Assembly (NCBI RefSeq): GCF_052907905.1
Contig: NZ_CM128590.1
DNA length: 32,000 nucleotides
Direction: 5' to 3' (one strand)
Position numbers and translations under genes: made by a program. Below are positions 9,222 to 18,063 of this stretch, piece by piece (position 1 is the first letter of the stretch; each line of letters opens with the position of its first letter). Below the pieces are notes generated by a model. It saw nothing but the letters and a program-made list of their open reading frames with translations, was not told the DNA's origin and made no database searches.

Positions 9222-9338
9222 TTGGTTCAAAATACCGTGTTGTTGGTTCAGTGTTGGTTCAATAAAAAGAATAAAATCCTTATAAAACAATACTCTTTAC
9301 AAATTGAACCAACTGAACCAACTGAACCAACACCTTTT
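9222..9338. repeat. iteron cluster B: TTGGTTCAR at 9222-9230, 9243-9251, 9254-9262 plus 3 tandem inverted copies (9304-9312, 9313-9321, 9322-9330)
   Basis: Mirror arrangement of cluster A; 9284-9338 is the exact reverse complement of 784-838. Confidence 0.85.
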
Positions 9339-9356
9339 CTACGCACATGAAGAAGC

Positions 9357-12113
9357 TCATTCTTCAGATGAGTTATAATCTCCTGGCTGGTAATTGAGTA
9401 CATAAACGTTTATTTGTCGTCCCTGAATACGTGGTGATTTTCTTTGGTATCCACGACCGCTGTTTGGTGGGGTTAGCATCCCGGCTTTTTTCAACACTTC
9501 AGCAAACTGTTTTGCGTTGAAACCACATGCGATCTCCTTTTCAAATGTGGCCGGGAATGTGTAGAAAATCATTGGGCTTTCGTCATGTTCTCCACGCTGA
9601 CGGTATCCGGCCAAATCTTTGATGGGCAAATCTGCCGGGCTGTATGGAAATGGTGCAAAACGGCTAAGCCCATAGGCATTAAGAAATGCCTCCGTTTGTT
9701 CAATAATCTGCTGATGTTCTTTGTTACCTGTGCCGAACTCGCGCAACCATGCGTTATAGCTGTGCTGTATCGCATCACGGCATGTCTGAGCATCCCAGCC
9801 TGTTACAACCTCGCCTAACAGCAATGCGGCCTCCAGAATGGCAAATCGCGCGGCTACACGGTGAACCTGCTCACCATAATCGGATGGGATCAGACTTCTC
9901 CATCTGCTTTCGCAGTCACGAACAGTTTTAATTGCCTGTTGCTGGTGGTCTGCCAGCCATTTAATCCACTCACGCCCGGCTGCGCCGTGGTGATGCTGGT
10001 AAGCGTCTTTCAGTGCGTCTGCGTGCTGTTTTCCGTTCTGGTAATCGTGAAAGCGTACTGCTTTACTCAACGGAATATTCAGCAGTCGCACCAGTTGCCC
10101 GGCTTTGGTTTTTCGCCCGGAAGTAGCGATAAATGTTTCTAAATCCATTTCTCCGGTGCTGATTGCCACTGTACGCCAGCGTTTTAGATCCCGGTTTCCA
10201 CCATCTTTAGCGCCTTGCAGTTTCCCTACACCGTTAAATAACGCATAGGCAGACTGTGAAACACTGACAGGATCAGCGCCCTGACCAACTTCATCAAGCG
10301 GTATTAGTCCGTCATTGTGGGCGGCGGCTTCATTTGCCAGCCCCAGCGCGGTTCCGTACCACGTCAGCCGCAATAAATCAGGGTTGCCGTATAAGCTGCT
10401 CGCCACGTTTGCCGTGGTGGTCTTACCTGCGCTCGACTGCTCATAGAAATGAATGCCGAACCCGTCAGCGCCCACCAGCCCAATCAATGGCGCTGCCAGT
10501 GCTGCGCCGATCCCGGTCATCATTGAATAGTTACCAAAGGCCAGACGCGCCACGTTATCACGCCAGCTTTTCGCGCTCCCTGAGACGGTATATCCGGCTG
10601 CGGCTGAGCTTCTCCCGCTGAACAGCACAGGATTTTCAGGTGTTCCGATGATTTCCCCATCAGGCATGATGTACGCTCCGCATTGCCAGCCAGTGGCATG
10701 AGCAACACGCCACAATTCACGAGAGCCACTGCGTTGTAGCCAGTCTGCCAGTATTGCTCTGAGGCTGCTTTTGGTCGTGACATTTACCCCACCAGCTTTA
10801 AGTGTGCGCCATCCTTCACGTTCACCAATATCAGCCAGTGGAATGGCAGCGGTTGTCGGCGTTTCAGAACCAAACGACAGCCAGCGAAGAATGAGATACT
10901 GGTCTTTATCGTCTCTGCCAGTACCGATAACGCTTAACGGAGAACATAACCAGCTTTCGTTATTGATGATTTCTCCACTCTGGCTGTCAGCTCTCGGAGA
11001 TACCCAATAAATACCATCCTCGCGGCTTTCTATTCTTGGTTTCAGTGGGTCGGTATCCATAACCTTAAAATCGCTTCCCTCAATGGTCTGTGGCTCCTGT
11101 TTCACGCCATTACCCTGTGGTTGGTACATTGACTTATTGAACGCTTCTGTGGCGCATTTAATGCCGTGTTTTTGGTGGTAATCATTCCAGTCTGCTTTGT
11201 GATCTGTCGGGGGTAATGCCACCCATCCAGAAACAGATAAAGCTGCTTTTTCTGCTGCTATTCTCCCCGTGTTTTGTCTTCCTTCGCTGTGGTCGTTATC
11301 CGCAGCAATGATGATTTGTGCTGAAGGAAATTTATCCCGCAGTACCTGGGCGACATATAACAGGTTCCCGGCATCAATCGCCGCCACTGTCAGCGCCTCT
11401 GGACGAATTAAATGGGCAGATAATGCCGTTGCCAGCCCTTCTGCGATTAAGATGCTCTGTGTTGTTTCTGGTGCGTTTATGGCGTGATATGCCCCTCGCT
11501 TTGCTGAACCTGTCAGGAGTCTTTTTTCACCATGTGAGGTAATAGTCTGTGCTGCTGTGACTGCGCCGGATTTATCCACCAGCGCCAGCAACAGAGATCC
11601 ATCGGGCAACACGGGGAATGTAAAATCACCTACCCCTTTCGCAACCAGATAATCAGATTTGCCGTTTACAGCCTTTCTGCGCATGTCATCAAACTGACGG
11701 GAAAACGTATCCCGTCTTTGTTGTTCGTCCTTCTCTGCCCTTTTCAGGCGCTCCTGTTCGCGTCGCTGGCGCTCGGTTTCCAGTTGTTCCCGTTTCTGGC
11801 TGGTGGCTTCTGGTGTTTCCGTTGTCCGGTAATCAATACCCAGAACATCAGCGGCAAGAAGCGCCGCCTCTGTTGTGTCGCAGTTATTTACGCGTTTAAT
11901 TAAATCCAGCCCATCACCAGCGCCGCACTGATTACAGATGAAGCTACCGCGCCCGTTGTCATCGAACCGGAATCGATCTTTGCCCCCACATGCAGGGCAG
12001 GGAGCATGACGGCGCGGAGAGTCAGGGACATTTATGTTCAGGCAGCCCAGCACATGAGGCCAGTTGTTTTCAGACGCACTGATAACCTGACGGATAAGAT
12101 CAATGTTTCGCAT
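9357..12113 (-). CDS. P4-type primase/helicase: zinc-finger, Toprim and DUF927-like domains (918 aa)
   Basis: CPACGG...CNQCGAGDG zinc finger; 'SILIAEGLATALSAHL' Toprim-like; 'HFYEQSSAGKTTTANVASSLYG' Walker A-like motif. Confidence 0.9.
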   Translation of the reverse strand: MRNIDLIRQVISASENNWPHVLGCLNINVPDSPRRHAPCPACGGKDRFRFDDNGRGSFICNQCGAGDGLDLIKRVNNCDTTEAALLAADVLGIDYRTTETPEATSQKREQLETERQRREQERLKRAEKDEQQRRDTFSRQFDDMRRKAVNGKSDYLVAKGVGDFTFPVLPDGSLLLALVDKSGAVTAAQTITSHGEKRLLTGSAKRGAYHAINAPETTQSILIAEGLATALSAHLIRPEALTVAAIDAGNLLYVAQVLRDKFPSAQIIIAADNDHSEGRQNTGRIAAEKAALSVSGWVALPPTDHKADWNDYHQKHGIKCATEAFNKSMYQPQGNGVKQEPQTIEGSDFKVMDTDPLKPRIESREDGIYWVSPRADSQSGEIINNESWLCSPLSVIGTGRDDKDQYLILRWLSFGSETPTTAAIPLADIGEREGWRTLKAGGVNVTTKSSLRAILADWLQRSGSRELWRVAHATGWQCGAYIMPDGEIIGTPENPVLFSGRSSAAAGYTVSGSAKSWRDNVARLAFGNYSMMTGIGAALAAPLIGLVGADGFGIHFYEQSSAGKTTTANVASSLYGNPDLLRLTWYGTALGLANEAAAHNDGLIPLDEVGQGADPVSVSQSAYALFNGVGKLQGAKDGGNRDLKRWRTVAISTGEMDLETFIATSGRKTKAGQLVRLLNIPLSKAVRFHDYQNGKQHADALKDAYQHHHGAAGREWIKWLADHQQQAIKTVRDCESRWRSLIPSDYGEQVHRVAARFAILEAALLLGEVVTGWDAQTCRDAIQHSYNAWLREFGTGNKEHQQIIEQTEAFLNAYGLSRFAPFPYSPADLPIKDLAGYRQRGEHDESPMIFYTFPATFEKEIACGFNAKQFAEVLKKAGMLTPPNSGRGYQRKSPRIQGRQINVYVLNYQPGDYNSSEE

Positions 12114-12125
12114 TCTGGCCCCCGT

Positions 12126-12728
12126 TTAGTGCGTCACTGGTGCTTCTGGGATGCCGTTTTCGTTTAGTTCGGCAATAAAGCTGTTGTGAAGATCGGCAAG
12201 CACTTCTCGCCCAAACGAAGTGAGTGTTCCCTGTTCGACATCGAACATGTTGCTGTAAAAAATGATGGCATTATTTGTTCCGACATCAACACCATATTTC
12301 TCGATCATTGCGCCCTCAATGTTGTTTGCCATAGCGAGGCGCTCTGCTACTGGATACAGCGGCATGGCGACGATGCCATTGGAATAAACAGAAACCACGG
12401 AATGATTGCCACTGTCATCAATAATGCTGACGGTGCCGTTTTCCTTTCTCATTTCATTGATGAATGCTGTTGCTATCAGCCAGCGCCACATAATCACGTG
12501 ATGCTGTGATGTGTAATCGAAATATCCCTGGTTGCCGCCACTGGCAATAGCGAGATGTATAAACATGCCTTCATCTGGTTTATCGTCATAATCCCCGGCA
12601 TCCAGACGATTTACGGCATCAATATATGAGACGGTATCAACGCGTTCTGTCATGCCATCGTTGCTGCGGTACATGATGTTTACGCCGTCAGGCGTTGCTT
12701 CTGCATGGAAAGTTAAGAAATTATTCAT
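12126..12728 (-). CDS. hypothetical phage/satellite protein (200 aa, start MNNFLTFHAEATPDG)
   Basis: ORF continues upstream to 12833, but the 12728 start gives an 8-base overlap with the preceding gene, like its neighbours. Confidence 0.6.
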   Translation of the reverse strand: MNNFLTFHAEATPDGVNIMYRSNDGMTERVDTVSYIDAVNRLDAGDYDDKPDEGMFIHLAIASGGNQGYFDYTSQHHVIMWRWLIATAFINEMRKENGTVSIIDDSGNHSVVSVYSNGIVAMPLYPVAERLAMANNIEGAMIEKYGVDVGTNNAIIFYSNMFDVEQGTLTSFGREVLADLHNSFIAELNENGIPEAPVTH

Positions 12729-12942
12729 GTTTCGCCTCGCCTGAATGATTCTGTAACTCATATTTGCCCAACAATTCGTCCGCTTCCTGAATAGCTTCTG
12801 GTACGCCATTGAGCAGTGACATAACCGCGCCAATCATTAACTTGTCTCTGTTGCTGGGGCTGGCCCCTTCAAGCCAGAACCCTAAAACAGTCTGAACCTG
12901 TTCGATGCGACATTGCGCTTCAATGAGCTGGATGTTGGTCAT
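12721..12942 (-). CDS. hypothetical protein (73 aa)
   Basis: Compact ORF overlapping its neighbours. Confidence 0.6.
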   Translation of the reverse strand: MTNIQLIEAQCRIEQVQTVLGFWLEGASPSNRDKLMIGAVMSLLNGVPEAIQEADELLGKYELQNHSGEAKHE

Positions 12943-13202
12943 TTCGCACTCTCCACATCGATTAAACCGATATCTATCAGGGAGGTAACTTTTTGTAGCC
13001 AGCTATTGATTACTGTCGCCTGTTCCCCTCCCACCGAGGGAACAATCTCATTCATCACATGAACCAGACCTGTGCGCGCTCTGGTAAGCCGTTCAGTCGC
13101 GCAATCTGCGGGAGTGAATGTGTCTGGATATGGCTCTTCGCGCCCCAGCAATGATTCAATTTCCAGCTCACACGGATGACGATAAATTAAGTTGATATTC
13201 AT
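12939..13202 (-). CDS. hypothetical protein (87 aa)
   Basis: 4-base overlaps with both neighbours. Confidence 0.6.
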   Translation of the reverse strand: MNINLIYRHPCELEIESLLGREEPYPDTFTPADCATERLTRARTGLVHVMNEIVPSVGGEQATVINSWLQKVTSLIDIGLIDVESAK

Positions 13203-13393
13203 TTTTCACCCCCAAGAATTACCAGCTCGGCACGGGCATCGTTAACCAAAGATGAGCACGCTTTAATCGCATCCACGACATCAGCAGCGTCCATTTCTTC
13301 AGCCGAAAGACTGACAGCAACCGGGACAGCCGCTGCTTGCTCGATTAATTGAAGTGCGGACGTAAGGCGAGGGGTATTAATTGAGTTATTCAT
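13199..13393 (-). CDS. hypothetical protein (64 aa, start MNNSINTPRL)
   Basis: The internal Met gives an 8-base overlap with the upstream gene. Confidence 0.55.
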   Translation of the reverse strand: MNNSINTPRLTSALQLIEQAAAVPVAVSLSAEEMDAADVVDAIKACSSLVNDARAELVILGGEK

Positions 13394-13604
13394 TGGTTGC
13401 CCCCGTTTTGCATGGCATTTGTCCACCTTCCAGCAGGAAATGAACGTCACGAACGGCGAGGTCCAATATCGCGAGTAACGCCTTCAGTTTTTCGTCTCGT
13501 GAGGGAGAGTTGCTCACCAGAATGTCGTTAATCACTTCTGTCAGTGTGATGATCTGGCTTGTGCGTTCGAGGGGATCCATATGCACATCGTAGGTTTTAA
13601 TCAT
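13386..13604 (-). CDS. hypothetical protein (72 aa, MIKTYDVHMDPLERTSQIITLTEV...)
   Basis: C-terminal part of a 355-aa open frame; the start at 13604 overlaps the Icd-like stop by 8 bases. Confidence 0.5.
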   Translation of the reverse strand: MIKTYDVHMDPLERTSQIITLTEVINDILVSNSPSRDEKLKALLAILDLAVRDVHFLLEGGQMPCKTGATNE

Positions 13605-13791
13605 GTGCCACCTCCATGCGGATACGACCAGCAAAAAAGCAGATGTGATCGCGCACCAGAGAACGGCGAGCATCGCGTTCAGACTCGGCAGCAATATGAT
13701 GAATTTTGGCGGTAATTGTCGGGCAATCGCGGCGAACTGCGGCGATAATCCAGATAAATTGCGTTTTTTGGGTAGGGGTAGTAGCCAGCAT
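13597..13791 (-). CDS. Icd-like (host cell division inhibitor-like) protein (64 aa)
   Basis: 'FIWIIAAVRRDCPTITAKIHHIAAESERDARRSLVRDHICFFAGRI' resembles Icd-like proteins; AAGGAGG lies just upstream of the ATG (CTGAAGGAGGCTGCCACATG). Confidence 0.7.
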   Translation of the reverse strand: MLATTPTQKTQFIWIIAAVRRDCPTITAKIHHIAAESERDARRSLVRDHICFFAGRIRMEVAHD

Positions 13792-13993
13792 GTGGCAGCC
13801 TCCTTCAGATAGCAGGTTACGCTACCACCGGAAACGCCAATTTCGCTGGTGGTAGCCCAGACAGGGTTGGCGTAACCGGCTCTGAAGGATACCGGCGCTT
13901 CCGAAGAAGCCCCCGCCTGAGCCACCATTGATTGACAAAGGCGCTGGATTATACACCAACGCCCAAAAAATGGGTGAGTCAGACCTACGACAT

Positions 13994-14015
13994 AAAAAAA
14001 GACGCTCGGCGCGTC
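13994..14015 (-). terminator. candidate intrinsic terminator GACGC-GCCGA-GCGTC-TTTTTTT on the minus strand
   Basis: Reverse complement of 13994-14015; nested inside CGACATA (13988-13994) / TATGTCG (14017-14023). Confidence 0.6.
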
Positions 14016-14446
14016 ATATGTCGCCTTCAGAATTTTCAGGACGCCAATCCCGGCACCCGTTTTATGAGGTGCCTTATAACCATAAACCGTGTTGCCGCAT
14101 AACGGCAAGCTCTTTTTTATGGACTCCGAAAACTCACTATTGGAAGAACCAGAAGCACAGTACATCGCGCTCATTTCGTTAACGTCACGCGCGTGGACGA
14201 AGGTTTTTGTGGAGTCACTACACGAGCAGAGAAAGCCATCTACGACCAGAAATTCTCTGGCATAGCCGCTGACCTTCTCAACGCTAACACCATCGACCGT
14301 AATTTCTGACATAGTTAAGGCATCCGCTCCTACCACCAGAAAATGATAAACTTTGCTTGTATCTGCTGTATTAATGTCTGACTTTGCTGTCATATTGCTG
14401 GATTTTGGCGACATACCAGCCAGTGAAAATATCTTCTTCTGGGCGG

Positions 14447-14629
14447 TTAGCATTTGTTAACCTCCGCGAACTCCTTCATGAAACGTGCCAGCGGTTGTAC
14501 GCATGGCGATTGATACCCGTCGCGATAAAACGTCACTCGGTTGTGAGACACGCTTTCGACAGTAACGAGTGCTCCGTGGGCATCTTTGTAGCGTTTTTGA
14601 GGTTGTGGTGTTCCTGTCGGCTTAAACAT
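14447..14629 (-). CDS. DUF4222-like small phage protein (60 aa, start MFKPTGTPQPQKRYKDAHG)
   Basis: 'YKDAHGALVTVESVSHNRVTFYRDGYQSPCVQPLARFMKEF' matches the recognisable DUF4222 pattern. Confidence 0.7.
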   Translation of the reverse strand: MFKPTGTPQPQKRYKDAHGALVTVESVSHNRVTFYRDGYQSPCVQPLARFMKEFAEVNKC

Positions 14630-15455
14630 GGACCGCCTCCAGACGCTTGGCGAGCCAGCGTTGCGACAGGCGGGTGAGTTCTCCTTTGCGCTGCTCATAT
14701 TCCATGCCCATATCAATTAACGTGATATTGGTGCTTTCGAGATATGAGAGGTGCTCAAGCTGTTCTGCGTTCATATGGTCGCGAGGTTCGCCAGAATAGC
14801 CATTTATCCGCGCCCACTGCTTAGCAGTTAGCCCACCAAGAACGATACGAGAAATCATATTGCTCTCGTTTGTGTAGTGGTGTTGCTGCGTCGTTTTCCC
14901 CTGCTCGGCACGGGCCATATTCAGCGCATCGCACATTGGCTTAAAGTTGTTTGCGGCACTAATACGGGCTTTTAGCTGGCGACGATAGCGGGCGGCGATT
15001 TCAGGCACGCTACGCTGTAATTCTTCCTCGCACTGGATGAAATAACGACGGATAGCGCGACCCTGATCATTGCGTTCGATCATTGCCAGTTCTTTCGCCA
15101 TTCCGACACTTAACAGATAGTCTTTGCCGGGTCTGCCAGACTGCTTAATCTTGCTGTAAGCCGCGCCATTCGGGCTTTTCCCCAAATTTGGGGAAATTGT
15201 TTTATGGACTGAGTAATCGTGCCCAATGGTGAAGTCATATTCAGAGATGCGATCAGTGATCCATGTAGAGAAGTCTTTTCCCACGCCCAACGCTTTGTGT
15301 AACGCTTTTGCGCTAACAATATTGGTTTCACGCCCACCGATATGACCAGGAATAACCGGGACAATTGCGGCAAATTCATTACCGTTAATTGTGCCCAGAG
15401 AGGCGTTCAGATGAGGGGCAGCCTCAGAAATTAATCTGCTTTTTTCGATGTTCAT
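14622..15455 (-). CDS. AntA/AntB-family antirepressor (277 aa)
   Basis: 'IVSAKALHKALGVGKDFSTWITDRISEYDFTIGHDYSV' AntA/AntB domain. Confidence 0.85.
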   Translation of the reverse strand: MNIEKSRLISEAAPHLNASLGTINGNEFAAIVPVIPGHIGGRETNIVSAKALHKALGVGKDFSTWITDRISEYDFTIGHDYSVHKTISPNLGKSPNGAAYSKIKQSGRPGKDYLLSVGMAKELAMIERNDQGRAIRRYFIQCEEELQRSVPEIAARYRRQLKARISAANNFKPMCDALNMARAEQGKTTQQHHYTNESNMISRIVLGGLTAKQWARINGYSGEPRDHMNAEQLEHLSYLESTNITLIDMGMEYEQRKGELTRLSQRWLAKRLEAVHV

Positions 15456-15467
15456 TTTCAGTCTCCG

Positions 15468-15899
15468 TTAGGCGGCGTTAAACGCGTCCGGGTAGAGTTT
15501 CAGAATGTCGGCAATTTCCTGCTGAGAAAGTCCGTTGTGATCATTTATGTTCGCAAGATGGTTAATATGAGTGATCACTTTCAGAACATCACCACGGCAG
15601 GAGAAACGGTAGCGAAGGTGTGTTCCGATACCATCAGGATTCTTTTCGTCGATACGCTCCAGAGTGATTCCAAGCTGGCGTTCTAACTCTGTTGCATAGT
15701 TACGACCAGAAGACAGACGGCAGTAGCGAAGAATGTCATTTTCTGTCCATCCCTCTATACCAGTACGCAGCATATAGACTCTGGCACGATGCTTTTTCGG
15801 TGTGCGCTTTGGTGCTTGAAGGGATTTTGTAAGGGGCGTAACATCAGATACACGAGTATCTGAATTAGCCGCCTGTAATGGGCGGTTTTTCTTTTCCAT
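15468..15899 (-). CDS. hypothetical protein (143 aa)
   Basis: ORF between antirepressor and alpA genes, with a 1-base overlap at the alpA stop. Confidence 0.6.
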   Translation of the reverse strand: MEKKNRPLQAANSDTRVSDVTPLTKSLQAPKRTPKKHRARVYMLRTGIEGWTENDILRYCRLSSGRNYATELERQLGITLERIDEKNPDGIGTHLRYRFSCRGDVLKVITHINHLANINDHNGLSQQEIADILKLYPDAFNAA

Positions 15900-16102
15900 C
15901 AGGCCATCTCGTCTCTAGATTCTAATATACACTTCTCAATCCATTCATCTATTTCAGACTCAACAAAAGCAATTGCCCGACTTCCAATTTTTACCTGTTT
16001 AGGGAACCTCCCCTGACTAATAAGACGATAAATCCATGCTTTGCTATAACCAGTTCGCCTTTGAACTTCAGAGAGACGAATTAATGAATTGTAATTAGCC
16101 AT
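15899..16102 (-). CDS. AlpA-family transcriptional regulator/excisionase (67 aa)
   Basis: 'LIRLSEVQRRTGYSKAWIYRLISQGRFPKQVKIGSRAIAFVESEIDEWI' is an AlpA-type winged helix. Confidence 0.9.
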   Translation of the reverse strand: MANYNSLIRLSEVQRRTGYSKAWIYRLISQGRFPKQVKIGSRAIAFVESEIDEWIEKCILESRDEMA

Positions 16103-16188
16103 TTATTAATATCCTGTACTAATGACGCAATAACCCCCTCCTGCAACGAATGGCGAGAGTTTTATTTGCGTCAAATGCCGAATACGCC

Positions 16189-16223
16189 AAAGACCACAAT
16201 ATGAAAAACATATTGCGGTCTTT
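16189..16223. terminator. long hairpin AAAGACCACAATATG-AAAAA-CATATTGCGGTCTTT, possible bidirectional terminator
   Basis: 15-bp arms with one mismatch and a 5-nt loop, between int and alpA. Confidence 0.55.
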
Positions 16224-16493
16224 TATAAAAGATAGTCAGATTGTTTTGGTTTGTTTGCTCCACAAGGGTAGAGCTACCCTGCATTTCGGCAGGATCACGC
16301 TATTAGGCGTGACATCCAGTAGTTTTAAAGAACATTCCGCTTTGTCAGCGACGTAGAAGGCTCAATACACCTTCGTTTATAAAAGAGCGATTGCCCTTCT
16401 CCAGGGCTAACTGTTAAATAGCAATCCTCTGTGAGTTTTTATCAATCTACTCCCCTATACTTTAGTAAACCTCTGTATACTTGTCCAGTTGTT

Positions 16494-17708
16494 TCATGCG
16501 TGTTTTTCAAACACCATATGCACCACATTTCCGCCATGCTCGAGAGAATCCATATAGTCGGCATACCATTGAAGCATCTCCCGCCTTCCATCCAGATATT
16601 GCGCATGGTTGTATGTGCCACGAATTGAGTTCTTATCAACGTGAGCGAGCTGCGTTTCTATCCACGCGGTGTTATAGCCCTGCTCATGCAAAATCGTACT
16701 CATAGTGTGCCGGAACCCATGACCAGTTACACGTCCAGCGTAGCCAATGCGCTTAAACACTTGGTTTATGCTGGCCTCGCTCATTGTTTTCCTTGGATCA
16801 TTGCGCCCGGGAAACATAAGAGGGTAATTGCCTGTTATTTCTCTAATCTTCCCAATAAGCGAAAGAGCCTGCTCAGACAATGGCACAATATGAGGCCGCC
16901 GCATTTTCATACGTGAAGCGGGTATCTCCCAGATAGCCTTGTTGAAATCAATTTCATCCCATAATGCGCCACGTAGTTCGCCAGTCCGCAAGCCGGTGAT
17001 AATCAGTAGACGAGCCGCCATAACAACCAATGCGCTTCCTGAGTAACTGGACAATGCCTTGAAAAAATCAGGTAATTCTTTGGCTGTAAGGAAAGGGTAA
17101 TGATTAGATTCATGGCCTTGCATCGCGCTAGTAAGGTCTGGTGCAGGGTTATACTCTGCGCGACCAGTGACTATTGCATAGCGGAAAACTTCCCCGCACC
17201 GCTGCCTCACTTTTTTGGCTTTTTCTGTAGCACCGCGCCCCTCGATGCGCCGCAGCACATTCAGAAGTTCAAGTGGTTTGATTTCGGCGATTGGTTTTTT
17301 GCCAATGTAAGGGAACACATCTTTGTTGAAGGCTTCGAGGATGTCTGAAGCATAACCAGCAGACCATTTTTTTAATTTGCTGCTGTGCCACTCAAGGGCA
17401 ATATCTTTGAAGGTGTTGTTTAACTGCGTTTCCCGGGCAATCTTTTCCTCTCGTTTCGCTTCCATCGGATCGATACCACCAGCGATACCTCTTTTCGCAT
17501 CTTCACGTTTTGCCCGAGCATCGGCTAGAGTAACCTCAGGATACACACCTAGTGCCAATAGCTTCTCTTTACCAGCTACACGATATTTAAGTCGCCAGTA
17601 TTTACCTCCATTAGGTTTTACCAAGAGATACAAACCGCCACCATCGGCCAGCTTGTAAGCCTTCTCTTTTGGCTTGGCTGTGTCTATTTGACGGGCATTG
17701 AGTTTCAC
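16494..17708 (-). CDS. int: P4-type tyrosine recombinase/integrase (404 aa)
   Basis: N-terminal 'KLADGGGLYLLVKPNGGKYWRLKYR'; catalytic motifs 'TGLRTGEL', 'HGFRHTMST', 'AHVDKNSIRGTYNH'. Confidence 0.95.
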   Translation of the reverse strand: MKLNARQIDTAKPKEKAYKLADGGGLYLLVKPNGGKYWRLKYRVAGKEKLLALGVYPEVTLADARAKREDAKRGIAGGIDPMEAKREEKIARETQLNNTFKDIALEWHSSKLKKWSAGYASDILEAFNKDVFPYIGKKPIAEIKPLELLNVLRRIEGRGATEKAKKVRQRCGEVFRYAIVTGRAEYNPAPDLTSAMQGHESNHYPFLTAKELPDFFKALSSYSGSALVVMAARLLIITGLRTGELRGALWDEIDFNKAIWEIPASRMKMRRPHIVPLSEQALSLIGKIREITGNYPLMFPGRNDPRKTMSEASINQVFKRIGYAGRVTGHGFRHTMSTILHEQGYNTAWIETQLAHVDKNSIRGTYNHAQYLDGRREMLQWYADYMDSLEHGGNVVHMVFEKHA

Positions 17709-17873
17709 TTGGGGGTACCTCCACTAAACCGAACAGCAAATACCCCCATAAGTACCCCCATCTGACCGTAGATTTTGAGGGACTTTAGTAGACGTCAAAA
17801 GACGAACGGGGCTTTAATACGCGGATTATAAGGGGTTTTGAAAGACTTTAGTAGACTTGGGGAGATGTTTGAA

Positions 17874-17949
17874 TGGTGCCGATAATAGGAGTCGAACCTA
17901 CGACCTTCGCATTACGAATGCGCTGCTCTACCAACTGAGCTATATCGGC
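17874..17949 (-). tRNA. thrW: tRNA-Thr(CGT)
   Basis: GCCGATATAGCTCAGTTGGTAGAGCAGCGCATTCGTAATGCGAAGGTCGTAGGTTCGACTCCTATTATCGGCACCA; complete cloverleaf with encoded CCA. Confidence 0.97.
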
Positions 17950-18063
17950 CCTGAAAGGACATGTTCACGAACGTGAATCACGGTGGACAAGGTTAAAACT
18001 AACCGGGCGATGCGTCAATGGCCTTGTGAATCAAATGGCTACTTTTGCATCACCCGGTTTTAT

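Noticed and set aside
8874-9350. ORFs 8874..9068 (+), 9039..9290 (-) and 9090..9350 (+)
   Set aside because: They run through the iteron and dyad region; the translated repeats ('TEPTEPTEP') arise from the iterons, and there is no family similarity.
13605-14453. The 355-aa ORF as a single protein
   Set aside because: It joins Ash-like sequence to a separate 3' gene and overlaps the better supported Icd-like ORF with a good Shine-Dalgarno, so it is treated as a composite open frame.
16150-16356. ORF 16150..16356 (+), 68 aa
   Set aside because: Runs through the strong hairpin at 16189-16223; no homology signal.
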